This document shows positions 47,201-60,800 of a stretch of DNA of 64,000 nt, piece after piece. The position numbers and the translations under genes were made by a program. The notes under the pieces are model-generated. The model made no database searches, was not told the DNA's origin, and saw nothing but the letters and a program-made list of their open reading frames with translations. Position 1 is the stretch's first letter. Every line of letters begins with the position of its first letter. Source of the DNA: Macrostomum hystrix. Taxonomy: Eukaryota > Animalia > Platyhelminthes. The stretch is taken from the NCBI GenBank assembly GCA_950097015.1, contig CATNEN010000003.1, forward strand, positions 11,656,001-11,720,000. The letters run 5' to 3'.

Positions 47201-50200
47201 AATCGTTTCTAGGAATGACGGTGTACTACTCGCGCTACATCAAGTCCTACTCGGAGAAGACCGAGCCGCTGACCGAGCTGCGGAGCAAGAAAGTCGCGTT
47301 CCATTGGGGACCTCGGCAGCAGAAAGCGTTTGACGAGCTCAAGCAGGCGCTTGCAGCTTCCCCAGTGGTCCGAATCTTCGATGCAAGAAAGCGCACAACT
47401 CTGACTACTGACGCCAGCGAGAAGGCCATAGCAGCAATCCTCTCTCAGGACGAGCACCCAGTGATGTACCTGTCAAGGCGGCTGACACCGGCTGAGAGAA
47501 ATTACTCGAATATCGAGCGAGAGGCCCTGGCTGTAGTGTGGGCCACTCAGAGAGCCAGACACTTTCTTCTCGGCAGCAAGTTTGTGCTCCAGTGCGATCA
47601 TCAACCATTGGAGTTCATTTTTAGTCCGTCTCGGGAGCTTCCAAAGGTCACATAGGCAAGGATCATGCGCTGGGCTTTGCAGCTGTCGGCCTTCGACTAC
47701 GAAATCTCGTACATCAAGGGCAGCTGCATCCCGCATGTCGACGCGCTGTCTAGAATTGAATTCAAGGAGGAAGGCGATGGAGACGACTGCCAGGAAAGCT
47801 TCGTTCACTGGACAGAGACGGAGGTGCTCAAGCTGGAGCAGATCAGAGACGCCACTGACAATGACCCGGTGCTCGCCAGCGTCAAGCGCAGGATCCGCAG
47901 CAATGCGTGGAACAACTGCTCGGCAGCGGAGCGACCGTATAAAACCGTCCGCCAGCAGCTCTCAGTGGAGAGTGGCGTCGTCTGCCTGAGAGACCTGGTG
48001 GTCCCGCCTAGCCGGCTGCGGCAAGACGTGCTGCGAGCGGCTCACGGCGACTCGCACTGCGGTGCCCTAGCGACAAGAAATCGACTCAAGCTGGAAGCCT
48101 GGTGGCCGGGTCACTGCGAGGACGTCGAAAACTTCGTCAAGCAATGCCAGCGATGCGCGGAGATCCGTCCAATGCCTGCCAGAACGTGCCACACCTGGCC
48201 GGCGGAAAATGGTCCCTGGAGACGCGTGCACATGGACCATGCTCACGTTCCCGGCTTCGGCCTGCTGCTCATTGTGGTGGACGCCTTCTCCGGCTGGCCG
48301 GAAGCGGTGCCTGTGGCCGACAAGAGCGCGATGACGGTCATCAAGGTGCTCCGCTTGATTTTTTCCCGCCTGGGTGTGCCGCATACCTTGGTGGCGGACA
48401 ATGCTCCGGAGTTCCGTGACCAGCAGCTGCACGAGTGGCTCAAGAAGATCGGCTGCTCGCCGATCCACTCGCCGCCGTATCATCCGCAGTCAAACGGGTG
48501 CGCCGAGCGCATGGTCCAGACCGTCAAGAAGGGGCTGCGGGCCTTCGCCGTGCACCAGGGCAGGTTCGACGCGTACCTCGCCAAGCTGCTGCTTAATTAC
48601 CGGGCCACTCCGCGGGGCGACGGGCGTGGCAGTCCGTCTGCGCTTATGGGGCGACAGCTGCGAAGTCCGCTGACCCTCCAATTCGACACCGATGCGCCGC
48701 TCGTCTACCAGTCGCGACCGGGGGTGCCGGCTGAGACCGTCCGCTTTGTGGTACAGGCCGGCCACAACACGGCCGTGGTCACCCGGGACAAGGACGACAG
48801 GCCGGTGCTGGCACACCGGGATCAGCTGCGTTTGTGTCCGAGTCCAAGCCGGGCGGAAGTTACGGACAGCACTGACGATGGCGGCCGGGATCCTGACGAA
48901 GCCGGTCGGAGCCCTGACGACAGCGGCCGGAACCCTGCCGAAGGCGGCTGGAACCCGGAACCTGATATCCAGCGGCCAGACGCAGCGGCACCACCGCAGC
49001 AGACCGCTGAAGCTACACCGGAGCCCCGACGAAGCTGCAGGTCGACCAAGGGAGTCGCCCCAGACCGACTGTCTCCTCGTTGGTGATGAGGGGATGTTGT
49101 ATCGTGACTTGACTTGAAGTGCGCAGTGTGGGGCTGCACCCCAATTGTTATTGGCGCTGAGTTTAGGACTGCTTGCTCTCTCCCCGCCTGCTCTGTCAGT
49201 CAATGTACGCTTATGCCTAACCGTCTAATCTATTAGCTGATGCTTTACTCGTATCTGCATGTACATCTATGTGCAATGCCAACTATAATAAATAACAACC
49301 TCTCGCCCATTTGCGGCTCAAGTTTGGCTAGCCAGCCACGACACGACAGAAAGGTCTAGTTTAAACACTTATTTAGGCACTTTTACAGCGGTTTAAGGTC
49401 TCAATATTCAGCTCCTAACTCCTGGATGCTTTATAACTGGCTGCAACAACCCCTGTCCTCAGGGAGTGTCTTCTCATACCTCTAACCCTGCTCATTTATA
49501 ACTGGCTGCAACAACCCCTGTCCTCAGGGAGTGTCTTCTGTTACCTCTAACCCTGCTCATTTATAATTGGCTGCAACAACCCCTGTCCTCAGGGAGTGTC
49601 TTCTCTTACCTCTAACCCTGCTCATTTATAACTGGCTGCAACAACCCCTGTCCTCAGGGAGTGTCTTCTGTTACCTCTAACCCTGCTCATTTATAACTGG
49701 CTGCAACAACCCCTGTCCTCAGGGAGTGTCTTCTCTTACCTCTAACCCTGCTCATTTATAACTGGCTGCAACAACCCCTGTCCTCAGGGAGTGTCTTCTC
49801 TTACCTCTAACCCTGCTCATTTATAATTGGCTGCAACAACCCCTGTCCTCAGGGAGTGTCTTCTGTTACCTCTAACCCTGCTCATTTATAACTGGCTGCA
49901 ACAACCCCTGTCCTCAGGGAGTGTCTTCTCTTACCTCTAACCCTGCTCATTTATAATTGGCTGCAACAACCCCTGTCCTCAGGGAGTGTCTTCTCTTACC
50001 TCTAACCCTGCTCATTTATAATTGGCTGCATCAACCCCTGTCCTCAGGGAGTGTCTTCTCTTACCTCTAACCCTGCTCATTTATAACTGGCTGCATCAAC
50101 CCCTGTCCTCAGGGAGTGTCTTCTGTTACCTCTAACCCTGCTCATTTATTATTGGCTGCAACAACCCCTGTCCTCAGGGAGTGTCTTCTGTTACCTCTAA

Positions 50201-51362
50201 CCCTGCTCATTTATTATTGGCTGCAACAACCCCTGTCCTCAGGGAGTGTCTTCTGTTACCTCTAACCCTGCTCATTTATAACTGGCTGCAACAACCCCTG
50301 TCCTCAGGGAGTGTCTTCTGTTACCTCTAACCCTGCTCATTTATAATTGGCTGCAACAACCCCTGTCCTCAGGGAGTGTCTTCTGTTACCTCTAACCCTG
50401 CTCATTTATAACTGGCTGCAACAACCCCTGTCCTCAGGGAGTGTCTTCTCTTACCTCTAACCCTGCTCATTTATAATTGGCTGCAACAACCCCTGTCCTC
50501 AGGGAGTGTCTTCTCTTACCTCTAACCCTGCTCATTTATAATTGGCTGCATCAACCCCTGTCCTCAGGGAGTGTCTTCTCTTACCTCTAACCCTGCTCAT
50601 TTATAACTGGCTGCATCAACCCCTGTCCTCAGGGAGTGTCTTCTCTTACCTCTAACCCTGCTCATTTATAATTGGCTGCATCAACCCCTGTCCTCAGGGA
50701 GTGTCTTCTCTTACCTCTAACCCTGCTCATTTATAACTGGCTGCATCAACCCCTGTCCTCAGGGAGTGTCTTCTACCACCTCCAAACCCAGCTCATTTAT
50801 TATTGGCTGCAAAACCCCCACTTCCCAGTAAAAGTTTTCTCCCACTCCGAAAGCCTTCTGTTGTTCGATTGCTTGCTCACTTACGTTCCGAGCTAAAAGT
50901 AAAAATGACCAAACAGAAAAGCACGAGCAAGCACGAACCGGACACTAGTGAGGAGAAAAGCAACGGAAAAACCACCAGGTTGAGCATGTTGATCAGCAAT
51001 TCACCCGGTAAGCCGATAAGCTGGACAGTCAGTTCTCTGGGCTCTATTCGGCTAATCGAAAGACCAACTGGCACAGCAAGAATCATTGACAACAGTGTGA
51101 GAGCTGACAAAATATTTTCTGGCTCTTTCAGGGCGCCAAGGCAAGTGAAGGAAAATTTCCGATTTTGCAACGAGCTCACTTTAGTTGTACAAGTACTTTC
51201 CGAGGTCTCCGAACGGCTCCTTGAACGGTTTTCTGGTAACTCAAGGTCCAGATAATAAATGGACGATTTTTGCTTATTATACACCTTGGCAATTTTCTTC
51301 AGTTCCTGTGGTGTCCAGTTAGGAAGCACTTTATCTTCTTTGATTTCTTGGAATTGTCTCAT
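29202..51362 (-). CDS. SLC1A/EAAT-like gene A, copy 2; exons 50939-51362, 44745-44967, 43558-43682, 43355-43481, ~37992-38053, 31126-31272, 29202-29412; TM6-HP1-TM7 exons not found, so possibly a pseudogene
   Basis: N-terminal exons as in copy 1, then W|[35 protein letters not shown] and I|[21 protein letters not shown]. Canonical splice sites and phases fit, except for the uncertain donor of the 38053 exon. Confidence 0.75.
30097..30716. mobile_element. MITE-like non-autonomous DNA element (~620 bp)
   Basis: ~40-bp terminal inverted repeats AGCTTTTGCCATTCAATCTCAGTGTTTTGTCATTCA / TGAATGACAAAACACTGAGATTGAATGGCAAAAGCT; an internal degenerate TIR copy at ~30197; TSD unclear. Confidence 0.75.
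31367..31448. repeat. 20-bp minisatellite (TCCAGTCTAACAGGTGACAC), left of LINE
   Basis: ~4 copies; the same array resumes at 37600. Confidence 0.92.
31535..35239 (-). CDS. LINE ORF2: AP endonuclease, reverse transcriptase, RNase H, C-terminal zinc finger
   Basis: LQEPW, GDINAHH, SLSDH; [18 protein letters not shown]; [33 protein letters not shown]; CPFC..H..C. Confidence 0.95.
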   Translation of the reverse strand: MSFLQLNLHHCIAASTNLARVVDFEKPGIILLQEPWTKKGKIPNIPAGFDCFFMPQNPRAAVFATTDLKAWYRPDLSDKDLCVIQTNHILPNRTVIIASIYIPGDGPAVPPSLTSLVDYCSDRDFELLVAGDINAHHTHWGSVTSNCRGEDLLAYICTTNIEFCNSGGTPTFDNGRWTEVLDATLASQGLIPLIRNWQVWDEEESLSDHRFIRFRLLSSYSKPGILWKRNARNTDWTAFAESVKRQTNQSKSVVPATCQEVDDLADLLSMTILTAHETSCPLKAYKGKKSAPWWNPALGTLRRKAKSLQRIARKSKDPADLTAYQNAIRDFKRDTRKAKSEKWRQYCSELEGARPTSRVVKALTLDKMSKLSVIKRPDGRLAENPGESLDIMLASAFPQTAPLQDPPDHTPGGHILATTIITRERTARAANSFSPFKSPGPDNIYPAFLHEAVKNDRFLGLLCNLFKACITLGYVPRSWQEATIVFIPKPGKGDYHSAKAFRPISLTSFFLKLLERLVLWRLLHVELRNSPLSANQHAFRSGRSIESALHTIVDKLERAVLGTGFALSLFLDIDGAFDNVLFGAFRRALERRATHEHLTRWIMYMISHRTATSHLLGHSRSVNVQKGGPQGGVLSPILWNLVMDELLCSPDPDPVQKIGYADDVTATVAGPSPPVLRDLLQAFIHRAERWANGCGLKLSESKTVAIMFTSKRNWRIEPLLLYDKPIAMEKQTRCLGVILDHRLSWTPHVKFKTRKALATLAQIRRAFGATWGLTPRRLWWIYTTIVRPAISFAGFIWNSALETKGVLEALNKVQGRACRAIMSAAPSTPFAGMNAFLDLPPLDLFIKGEAMKTARRLLDAGISIRKQLAFSKRNLQPHGDLSLRDLDAAGGLKILSDGIPSTLCPPQKFKTSIPPRQEVRDHGQPREIHCFTDGSQINSVSGFGYCIMSGGKTVATFSQHTGINSTVFQNEVLAISSCALELIYQNVHGAEIFLHSDSQAAIHALGRTHTCSRTVLDCVAQLNRLGTHNKVSLRWIPGHSGHPGNELADSLAKAGSTGSLFGPVPAVSTPTAVVNTRINQWVTSKHKDRWINTADCRQSRAAVPCPSTALRKALLGLNRKDIRAVTMALSGHGCFARHRFLQGKIRSEECPFCLSYVEDAEHFICDCPAFTQDRLTYLGPNPDLPDVFRPENICQLVRYLRATGRATLHLLDTPEEDRAADAGTTGSPCATPQL
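35275..36762 (-). CDS. LINE ORF1 (gag-like, low-complexity flanks)
   Basis: 495-aa ORF directly upstream of ORF2, with TYAAMAK preceding a globular core. Confidence 0.85.
   Translation of the reverse strand: MESHYSSSTSQDPAETPTPAGDADPQDQRQGDTGSTGAQNSSCSSATQENTRAAGSKSKRSPSTQARSLARLQEFRRRKQEVRLAAKSAPTTASEEGAGNSANIAEEPAPNKEADSSRRPGNPEARKSAAQASGASGSSRGGTSHSHPETPTTAGGPVAGGAGQTTRPKRTYAAMAKRQPALVIRGQETPLTTAQLDQIWRRLDSHLVKLALSGTVLHVLKTDIQDQALIVQPADNQSGQQLLEMLKSFDWGTEMGNLFIYREDERPQTHRHRVWIPARSAITNAGELRRLLLAIHPDLPANGVVVHETITRPGGDGFTAILGLSDSWMLRCPDMSYISAGLTRMQIFSFESDATRPPPPEKRKRTNQSSAGPLRPGTQTPDRHDHSEDADPIRGKAARAATTGGRGKGRKPARNTIRAGLTQRARQLSDPNSGRHRSTTRPNTSSEPPAENRVEDTDAAVAAAPASTLDPIQEEPMELGQNTGEDEESLLNNSP
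36893..37553 (-). repeat. ~98-bp tandem repeats (~7) in LINE 5' UTR, predicted structured RNA
   Basis: GGACT anchors at 36996, 37094, 37191, 37289, 37388 and 37485; several hairpins per unit. Confidence 0.9.
37600..37975. repeat. 20-bp minisatellite, right of LINE
   Basis: CTAACAGGTGACAC(TCCAGT/CCTCGT) repeats. Confidence 0.95.
38197..43319. repeat. 16-bp satellite, copy 2 (~5.1 kb, intronic)
   Basis: GTTAGAGATTGGGTCA period. Confidence 0.98.
43770..44648. repeat. 41-bp minisatellite, copy 2 (~21 copies)
   Basis: Same unit as 3574-4820. Confidence 0.96.
44993..49348 (+). mobile_element. Ty3/Gypsy LTR retrotransposon, copy 2 (duplicated with its flanks)
   Basis: LTRs 44993-45246 and 49095-49348; same GAAAG TSD and flanks as copy 1. 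Confidence 0.97.
45247..49086 (+). CDS. Gypsy gag-pol, copy 2, same in-frame TAG (47653-47655)
   Basis: Five amino-acid differences from copy 1 by comparing the ORF track. Confidence 0.93.
49430..50812. repeat. 65-bp minisatellite, copy 2 (~21 copies)
   Basis: Same unit as 9603-9945. Confidence 0.96.
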
Positions 51363-51799
51363 GTTGAAGTCCGCGTCAAGATCTGGTGCAAGCAATTTTA
51401 ACAGAGCAGATTCGCTACAGAGGAGCACGAGTACTATGGCCGTCTCTCGGAATGCTTCTAAATTACCATAGACAAGTGTCCCGGGCCGACTCGTTATTTC
51501 GTTATTTTACATGTGACATCCCGTCATCCACTATTTCGTTTGAATTTCAATTTTAGATTTCAAATCCAAAAATGTACAAGTTTTGAAAGTAGCACAGAAG
51601 ATGCGGCAGTTTTCAATTGTAGCCACATGCCTTGGTATTTTAAACAAGAAGGCATATTTAGCATCAAGTTTATTCATACGTGTCAAATAAAAATGTGTTC
51701 TTTAAGACATCGCCAGCAATAGAACAAAATTTGTGTAGTAGCTTTGTCACTTCTTTAGCTTTTGCGGCTTGTTCTCGATCTGTAAAAAATATTTCAGAG

Positions 51800-53988
51800 T
51801 CACCGAATGGTGTTCAAAGTTGTGCTATCGTCATTATCTAACGGTGGAGCTTCAATTTCGGAAGCAGTGGCTTTGAAGATTGCGGCGTCGGTCGAATAGT
51901 TTAGCGGGTTGGCGTCCTCTTTCACCTGTTCGCTGCACAAGTGAGTCACAATGCAGGCTCCAACTGCGTCGCCGAGTACATTGATCGAAGTACGAATGCA
52001 ATCTCTGCATTGTTTGTTTAGAGGCGTCTTATTGTTGTTGCTAAGAGATGGAAGCACCAAGGGGCAATTAGCATAGCGAACGAACAGCAGGCGCATGAAC
52101 AACTATCTCAAGGAGTAGAAGGACAGGAAACTAGGTTTCCTCGAAATTTTAGGACCCTAGAAATAGAATTATTTTTTTGTTGGAAAGCTATGGGAAAATT
52201 TGAGCCTGTATCAGTTTTTTTATGGCAATTCATTGAATATAATTAGAGGTACAGAAAAAACGGAGGGTACTTAAATTATCCCCGTGGTTTTTCTACAGTT
52301 AACGACATGTTGACATACTAAAATTATCATAATATAAGCATAAAAGTCCTTTCTAATGCTTTTCTCACTCTTCCGCTTATGATTTAGGCTTACAGCAGCC
52401 AATCAACAGCCAAGATTAGAAAGATGTCATTAGGCGGTAGGTCGACTGAAATCAGCACGGTTACCAAGGTGATTAGTCTAGCGCCATGCACACTAGTGGC
52501 TCCCATGGCCACCAAGGTGCTGTAGAGCTGCAGGTAAACCATTTTTGGGGGCGCGGATGCTAGTCTTATATACTAAAATGCTGCAACTTGGCTATAAACT
52601 TTTCTAAATTTATCACACAAATGCACTTTGTTTGTTTGCTGGCCAACAGACAAGGGAACAAAATAAGCTAGCTAGAAAGCTATGGATGGTCAACCCACAA
52701 CAAGCTGTTGACCAATACACGAAGCTGGAATTTACATAGCTGGGAGTGGACTTATTGACTGAGAGAACAAAGGCGTGATTGCGTGGAAGGTGGGAACTAC
52801 CCACCCTCCCCAAGACGTCGATCAATACAAATATAGCCACAGCGAATGAAAGATCGAATCGTGGCACACTACTCGTAAAAACCGAGTAAATGAGGTTCAG
52901 CGTTATTAGAGAGTGAATAAGTTTGCCGGATGTCACAGTGATCACAAAGAAAACCATGTTGCGCATTGTGGACATCAGGTCTTTGTCCTCCAGCAGCTTG
53001 GCGGTGATCAGAAAGTAAATGCCAATTGGCGTGTACCTGCAGGTCCACGAGAGCGTTAGTAACAATAATAATTGCAAGGTGCCTGTGGTCGTACAACTGC
53101 AATGCACGCGGGTTGCACGCCGCCTTGACTTCAAGCACGAGTGACGCGTTCTGATTAACTTGTGGGTTTACTGTCTGCCTCAAATGGGTCTAGGCTGGGG
53201 TGGGGGTTGTTAACGTGACTGACTATACTTGTATCTTAGTGCGCACAATTCCTTTTCAAACCTCCGTTTTTTACTTTCTGAATTACTACCGCTCTGTTCT
53301 TTCTTTGGCCGCGCTGCCTCAGCACAACTGGTACATCATTTGTGCGGCAGTAGACTCACAGCCAGAGAGAGGCAATACAGCCAATGCATTCCGCTGACTC
53401 CGCTGAGCACAGATTCTCATAGACCAACACCTGCCATGGCTTTTACATCACGTTAAGCAGTCCCATGCAGTGATCCTAATGGGCGTAAATTGCGCTACAA
53501 GCCCCTAAATTAATATGGCCACAACTGCGGATTAGAGCTCAGGGACATAGGTGCGAAAGTCGAACGCGTAAACCTAGCAAGCACTAACCATGATGAAGTG
53601 AGCTATGAAGTAGATAAGTAAACGATTTGAGTAAATAAGTAAGTAAGCAAGTAAGTAAACAGCTACATCTTAGAGCATGCATCTAGGTTAGTAAAAAGTG
53701 CGCTTGATTAAAAACTTACCAGATGACAGGATGTTCATAACAATTTCACAAGCCATTTCCGGCATATTTCTGAGAACGGCTCCGACAAATAATGAGACAC
53801 TCAATAAACCTAAAGACAATGTTGCAAAGATACTGGCACTTTATAATCGCAATTAAAAATATTCAAAATATATTCGTGTACTTAAAAATAAAAAGATATA
53901 CATTTAAAATAAAGAAATTTGTAAACTAAATTATTTTACAATGGTAGCAAAATACCAACCAATTGCACTAACACCTTCCACTTTTCTC
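51800..53988 (-). pseudogene. SLC1A-like paralogue B, copy 2 (exons 51800-52004, 52394-52527, ~52870-53036, 53720-53809, remnant 53960-53988)
   Basis: Intact last exon DCIRTSINVLGDAVGACIVTHL, but the RNIIPDN exon is largely deleted and the same out-of-phase 90-nt exon is present. Confidence 0.8.
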
Positions 53989-54097
53989 TTACAGTTGTAC
54001 GCTGGGACGCAGCACTATTGATTATGCCATTGTGTCCATAGACAGTTTTTAATTCAAACAAACACATAAAACAAGGCACTCCCAAATCCTCCCAGAG

Positions 54098-56417
54098 CCT
54101 CACAATGACCTCCCCACTCACTCACCAACCACCCAGATCCTCACAATGGCCTCTCAACTCACTCACCAACCACCCAGATCCTCACAATGGCCTCTCTACT
54201 CACTCACCAACCACCCAGATCCTCACAATGGCCTCTCTACTCACTCACCAACCACCCAGATCATCACAATGGCCTCTCTACTCACTCACCAACCACCCAG
54301 ATCCTCACAATGGCCTCTCTACTCACTCACCAACCACCCAGATCCTCACAATGGCCTCTCTACTCACTCACCAACCACCCAGATCCTCACAATGGCCTCT
54401 CTACTCACTCACCAACCACCCAGATCCTCACAATGGCCTCTCTACTCACTCACCAACCACCCAGATCCTCACAATGGCCTCTCAACTCACTCACCAACCA
54501 CCCAGATCCTCACAATGGCCTCTCTACTCACTCACCAACCACCCAGATCCTCACAATGGCCTCTCTACTCACTCACCAACCACCCAGATCATCACAATGG
54601 CCTCTCTACTCACTCACCAACCACCCAGATCCTCACAATGGCCTCTCTGCTCACTCACCAACCACCCAGATCCTCACAATGGCCTCTCTACTCACTCACC
54701 AACCACCCAGATCCTCACAATGGCCTCTCTACTCACTCACCAACCACCCAGATCCTCACAATGGCCTCTCTACTCACTCACCAACCACCCAGATCCTCAC
54801 AATGGCCTCTCTACTCACTCACCAACCACCCAGATCATCACAATGGCCTCTCTACTCACTCACCAACCACCCAGATCCTCACAATGGCATCTCAACTCAC
54901 TCACCAACCACCCAGATCCTCACAATGGCCTCTCTACTCACTCAACAACCACCCAGATCCTCACAATGGCATCTCTACTCACTCACCAACCACCCAGATC
55001 CTCACAATGGCCTCTCTACTCACTCACCAACCACCCAGATCCTCACAATGTCCTCTCTACTCACTCAACAACCACCCAGATCCTCACAATGGCATCTCTA
55101 CTCACTCACCAACCACCCAGATCATCACAATGGCATCTCTACTCACTCACCAACCACCCAGATCATCACAATGGCCTCTCTACTCACTCACCAACCACCC
55201 AGATCATCACAATGGCCTCTCAACTCACTCACCAACCACCCAGATCATCACAATGGCATCTCTACTCACTCACCAACCACCCAGATCCTCACAATGGCCT
55301 CTCTACTCACTCACCAACCACCCAGATCCTCACAATGTCCTCTCTACTCACTCAACAACCACCCAGATCCTCACAATGGCATCTCTACTCACTCACCAAC
55401 CACCCAGATCATCACAATGGCATCTCTACTCACTCACCAACCACCCAGATCATCACAATGGCCTCTCTACTCACTCACCAACCACCCAGATCATCACAAT
55501 GGCCTCTCTACTCACTCACCAACCACCCAGATCCTCACAATGGCATCTCTACTCACTCACCAACCACCCAGATCATCACAATGGCCTCTCTACTCACTCA
55601 CCAACCACCCAGATCCTCACAATGGCATCTCTACTCACTCACCAACCACCCAGATCATCACAATGGCATCTCTACTCACTCACCAACCACCCAGATCATC
55701 ACAATGGCATCTCTACTCACTCACCAACCACCCAGATCCTCACAATGGCATCTCTACTCACTCACCAACCACCCAGATCCTCACAATGGCCTCTCTACTC
55801 ACTCACCAACCACCCAGATCCTCACAATGGCATCTCTACTCACTCACCAACCACCCAGATCATCACAATGGCATCTCTACTCACTCACCAACCACCCAGA
55901 TCATCACAATGGCATCTCTACTCACTCACCAACCACCCAGATCCTCACAATGGCATCTCTACTCACTCACCAACCACCCAGATCCTCACAATGGCCTCTC
56001 TACTCACTCACCAACCACCCAGATCATCACAATGGCATCTCTACTCACTCACCAACCACCCAGATCCTCACAATGGCATCTCTACTCACTCACCAACCAC
56101 CCAGATCATCACAATGGCCTCTCTACTCACTCACCAACCACCCAGATCCTCACAATGGCCTCTCTACTCACTCACCAACCACCCAGATCCTCACAATGGC
56201 CTCTCTACTCACTCACCAACCACCCAGATCCTCACAATGGCCTCTCTACTCACTCACCAACCACCCAGATCCTCACAATGGCATCTCTACTCACTCACCA
56301 ACCACCCAGATCCTCACAATGTCCTCTCTACTCACTCACCAACCACCCAGATCCTCACAATGGCATCTCTACTCACTCACCAACCACCCAGATCATAATA
56401 ATGGCCTCCCAACTCAC
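54098..56417. repeat. 41-bp minisatellite B, copy 2 (~56 copies)
   Basis: Same unit as 13253-13686; produces three spurious ~750-aa ORFs. Confidence 0.97.
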
Positions 56418-56511
56418 TTGTAGAGAGTAGTAAAATGTGCAATTTGTTCAACTCGCTGATTAAAGTTATATTACAAAGAATCCTAAGACATAATTGTTTT
56501 TCTTTCGCTGG

Positions 56512-56729
56512 CCTGGAGTTCAATAGTCACTGGCCTGAAGTTCGATAGTCACTGGCCTGAAGTTCGATAGTCACTGGCCTGAAGTTCGATAGTCACTGGC
56601 CTGAAGTTCGATAGTCACTGGCCTGAAGTTCGATAGTCACTGGCCTGAAGTTCGATAGTCACTGGCCTGAAGTTCGATAGTCACTGGCCTGAAGTTCGAT
56701 AGTCACTGGCCTGAAGTTCGATAGTCACT
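56512..56729. repeat. 22-bp minisatellite, copy 2
   Basis: ~10 copies. Confidence 0.95.
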
Positions 56730-57203
56730 AGTATCGTTGTTGAAATGAACAAAGTTTACGAGAGCCACATATCGTTGATACATTTGAGAAAGCCTCCTTG
56801 TTTCCTAGGATACATTCCTAGAGGATTATTGATTGATTGATTTGAGTTATCCGTTATCTTTCAGAGGTCAGGAGTAAAGCGCAACAGACAGGATCGACAA
56901 GCAGATGCCAAGAGACTAACACGCTACAAAGACTCAAGAAGTAATCGACCCAAAAGTTCACGGTCGACCAACAACAACAATGAGAAGAAGAACTGCATGC
57001 CCCTCTGCAATAACACTGACCACAACTGGCCACCAACGAAGAAGAACATGCAACAGGAAGTGTCACGTGACTTTTGTAAATTCCTCGGCCATTGTCCTCC
57101 ATTGTCTAGAAGTGGGAGTTTTGTGAGTCTGATCAACACAACAAACTCTTCACACTCACAAGCCTCACAAATCCTCAAAATGGCCTCCCTACCCACTCAC
57201 CAG

Positions 57204-57390
57204 CCTCCCAGATCCCTCGACTGCCTCAACAATGGCCTCCCAGATCCATCGACTGCCTCAACAATGGCCTCCCAGATCCATCGACTGCCTCAACAATGGC
57301 CTCCCAGATCCATCGACTGCCTCAACAATGGCCTCCCAGATCCATCGACTGCCTCAACAATGGCCTACCAGATCCATCGACTGCCTCAAC
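57204..57390. repeat. 32-bp minisatellite, copy 2
   Basis: Same unit as 14406-14592. Confidence 0.92.
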
Positions 57391-57899
57391 AATTGCCTAC
57401 CAAGCAGCTCAAACTCAAACAGATCTTTTCAAACTGAACTCGCTCTCTTGTGACTCATTGTAAAGCCTCTCTACTGCAAAGATAAGAAGGCATTGCATGC
57501 GCTGCTAGTAGCAGCAGGCAACAGACTGGACAGAATGAGCACAATGGCCTTCACAGTTAATCTAATCAGCTCACAGTCACAGTGAGTGTCACCATGGCCT
57601 GGGTGCCATTGAAGCTATCTAACAGTGAAATCGGGTCTTATCTGATTGATTCGATCAACTTTTCTGCCTGTTTTTGTCAGTTCAGCAACAGTTAAGAAGG
57701 CCTTGCTTCCATACGAAATAAAACAGTGAGATTTCAGCTGACAGAATTCAGTATGGAAGTATTCAACGGCTTCAGGGACATTGCGTGCAATCAGATCTGG
57801 CACTGAGCATGCGTGAATAAGCTGCAAATTGAGTAAATTCGTAAAACATTTAATATCTAACTGTGCTCATAGTAACAATAATTAACAAATTATTAATGC

Positions 57900-60800
57900 C
57901 TGGCCTGAAGTTTGATGGTCACTGGCCTGTGGTTCGGTAGTCACTGTCCTGAAGTTCGAGGGTCACTGGCCTGAGCAGGTATGACTCACTCACAAAGAAC
58001 GAGCCGGACTTCTTTGCTTTCTGGCCTGAAGTTCTATAGTCATTCGTCTGAAGTTCGATAGTCACTGGCCTGAGGTTCGAATGTCACTGGCCTGAGGAGA
58101 TAGGACTCACTGACAAAGAAAGAGCCTGAAGTTCGTTAGTCTCTGGCCTGAAGTTCGATAGTCACTGGCCTGACGTTCGATGGTCACTGGCCGGAGGAGG
58201 TAAAACTCACTTACATGGCACGAGCCTGAAGTTCGATAGTCACTGGCCTGACGTTCGATGGTCACTGGTTTAAAGTTTGATCGTCACTGGCCTGAAGTTC
58301 GATGGTCACTGGCCTAAATTTCGATGGTCACTGGCCTGAAGATCGATAGTCACTGGCCTGAAGTTCGATAGTCACTCACTCAAAAGGCACGAGGTAGGAG
58401 GTAGGACTCACTCACAAGGCACGAGCCTGAAGTTCGATGGTCACTGACCGGAGGAGGTAAGACTCACTCAAAAGGCACGAGCCTGAAGTTCGATAGTCGC
58501 TGGCCTGAAGTTCGATAGTCACTGGCCTGAAGTTTGATGGTCACTGGAGGAGGAGGTGGGACTCACTCACAAAGCATGAGCCTGAAGTTCGATAGTCACT
58601 GGCCTGAAGTTCGATAGTCTCTGGCCTGAAGTTCGATAGTCACTGGCCTGAAGTTCGATGGTCACTGGCCTGAGGAGGTAGGACTCACTCACAAAGCACG
58701 AGCATGACTTCGATGGTCACTGGCCTGAAGTTCGATGGTCACTGGCCTGAAGTTCGATAGTCAGTGGCCTGAAGTTCGATAGTCACTGTCCTGAAGTTCG
58801 AGGGTCACTGGCCTGAGCAGGTATGACTCACTCACAAAGAACGAGCCGGACTTCTTTGCTTTCTGGCCTGAAGTTCGATAGTCATTCGTCTGAAGTTCGA
58901 TAGTCACTGGCCTGAGGTTCGAATGTCACTGGCCTGAGGAGATAGGACTCACTGACAAAGAAAGAGCCTGAAGTTCGTTAGTCTCTGGCCTGAAGTTCGA
59001 TAGTCACTGGCCTGACGTTCGATGGTCACTGGCCGGAGGAGGTAAAACTCACTTACATGGCACGAGCCTGAAGTTCGATAGTCACTGGCCTGACGTTCGA
59101 TGGTCACTGGTTTAAAGTTTGATCGTCACTGGCCTGAAGTTCGATGGTCACTGGCCTAAATTTCGATGGTCACTGGCCTGAAGATCGATAGTCACTGGCC
59201 TGAAGTTCGATAGTCACTCACTCAAAAGGCACGAGGTAGGAGGTAGGACTCACTCACAAGGCACGAGCCTGAAGTTCGATGGTCACTGACCGGAGGAGGT
59301 AAGACTCACTCAAAAGGCACGAGCCTGAAGTTCGATAGTCGCTGGCCTGAAGTTCGATAGTCACTGGCCTGAAGTTTGATGGTCACTGGAGGAGGAGGTG
59401 GGACTCACTCACAAAGCATGAGCCTGAAGTTCGATAGTCACTGGCCTGAAGTTCGATAGTCAGTGGCCTGAAGTTCGATAGTCACTGGCCTGAAGTTTGA
59501 TGGTCACTGGGGGAGGAGGTGGGACTCACTCACAAAGCACGAGCCTGAAGTCACTGGCCTAAACTTCGATGGTCACTGGCCTGAAGATCGATAGTCACTG
59601 GCCTGAAGTTCGATGGTCACTGGCCTGAAGTTCGATGGTCACTGGCCTGAGGAGTTAGGACTCAGTCATTCGTCTGAAGTTCGATAGTCATTCGTCTGAA
59701 GTTCGATAGTCATTAGTCTGAAGTTCGATAGTCACTGGCCTAAACTTCGATGGTCACTGGCCTGAAGATCGATAGTCACTGGCCTGAAGTTCGATGGTCA
59801 CTGGCCTGAAGTTCGATGGTCACTGGCCTGAGGAGTTAGGACTCAGTCATTCGTCTGAAGTTCGATAGTCATTCGTCTGAAGTTCGATAGTCATTCGTCT
59901 GAAGTTCAATGATCACTGGCCTCAGGAGGTACGACTCACTCAAAAGGCACGAGCCTGAAGTTCGATAGTCGCTGGCCTTAAATTCGATAGTCACTGGCCT
60001 GTGGTTCGGTAGTCACTGTCTTGAAGTTCGATAGTCACTGGCCTGAAGTTCGATAGTCACTGGCCTGAAGTTCGATAGTCACTGGCCTGAAGTTCGATAG
60101 TCACTGTCTTGAAGTTCGATAGTCACTGGCCTGAAGTTCGGTAGTCACTGTCTTGAAGTTCGATAGTCACTGGCCTGAAGTTCGATGGTCACTGGCCGGA
60201 GGAGGTAGGACTCACTCACAAAGCTCGAGCTTGACTTCTATGCTTTCTGGCCTGAAGTTCGATGGTCACTCACTCAAAAGGCACGAGGTAGGAGTTAGGA
60301 CTCACTCACAAGGCACGAGCCTGAAGTTCGATGGTCACTGGCCTGAGGAGGTAGGACTCACTCACAAAGCACGAGCCTGAAGTTCGATGGTCACTGGCCT
60401 AAAGTTCGATAGTCACTGGCCTGAAGATCGATGGTCACTGGCCTAAATTTCGATGGTCACTGGCCTGAAGATCGATAGTCACTGGCCTGAAGTTCGATAG
60501 TCACTGGCCTGAAGTTCGATAGGCACTGGCCTGAAGTTCGATTGTCATTGGCCTGAGGAGGTAAGACTCACTCAAAAGGCACGAGCCTGAAGTTCGATAG
60601 TCGCTTGCCTGAAGTTCGATGGTCACTGGCCTTAGGAGGTATGACTCACTCAAAAGGCACGAGGTAGGAGTTAGGACTCACTCACAAGGCACGAGCCTGA
60701 AGTTCGATGGTCACTGGCCTGAGGAGGTAGGACTCACTCACAAAGCACGAGCCTGAAGTTCGATGGTCACTGGCCTAAAGTTCGATAGTCACTGGCCTGA

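Noticed and set aside
54105-56430. Three ~750-aa ORFs
   Set aside because: A stop-free 41-bp minisatellite read in all three frames; copy number is not conserved in the duplicate.
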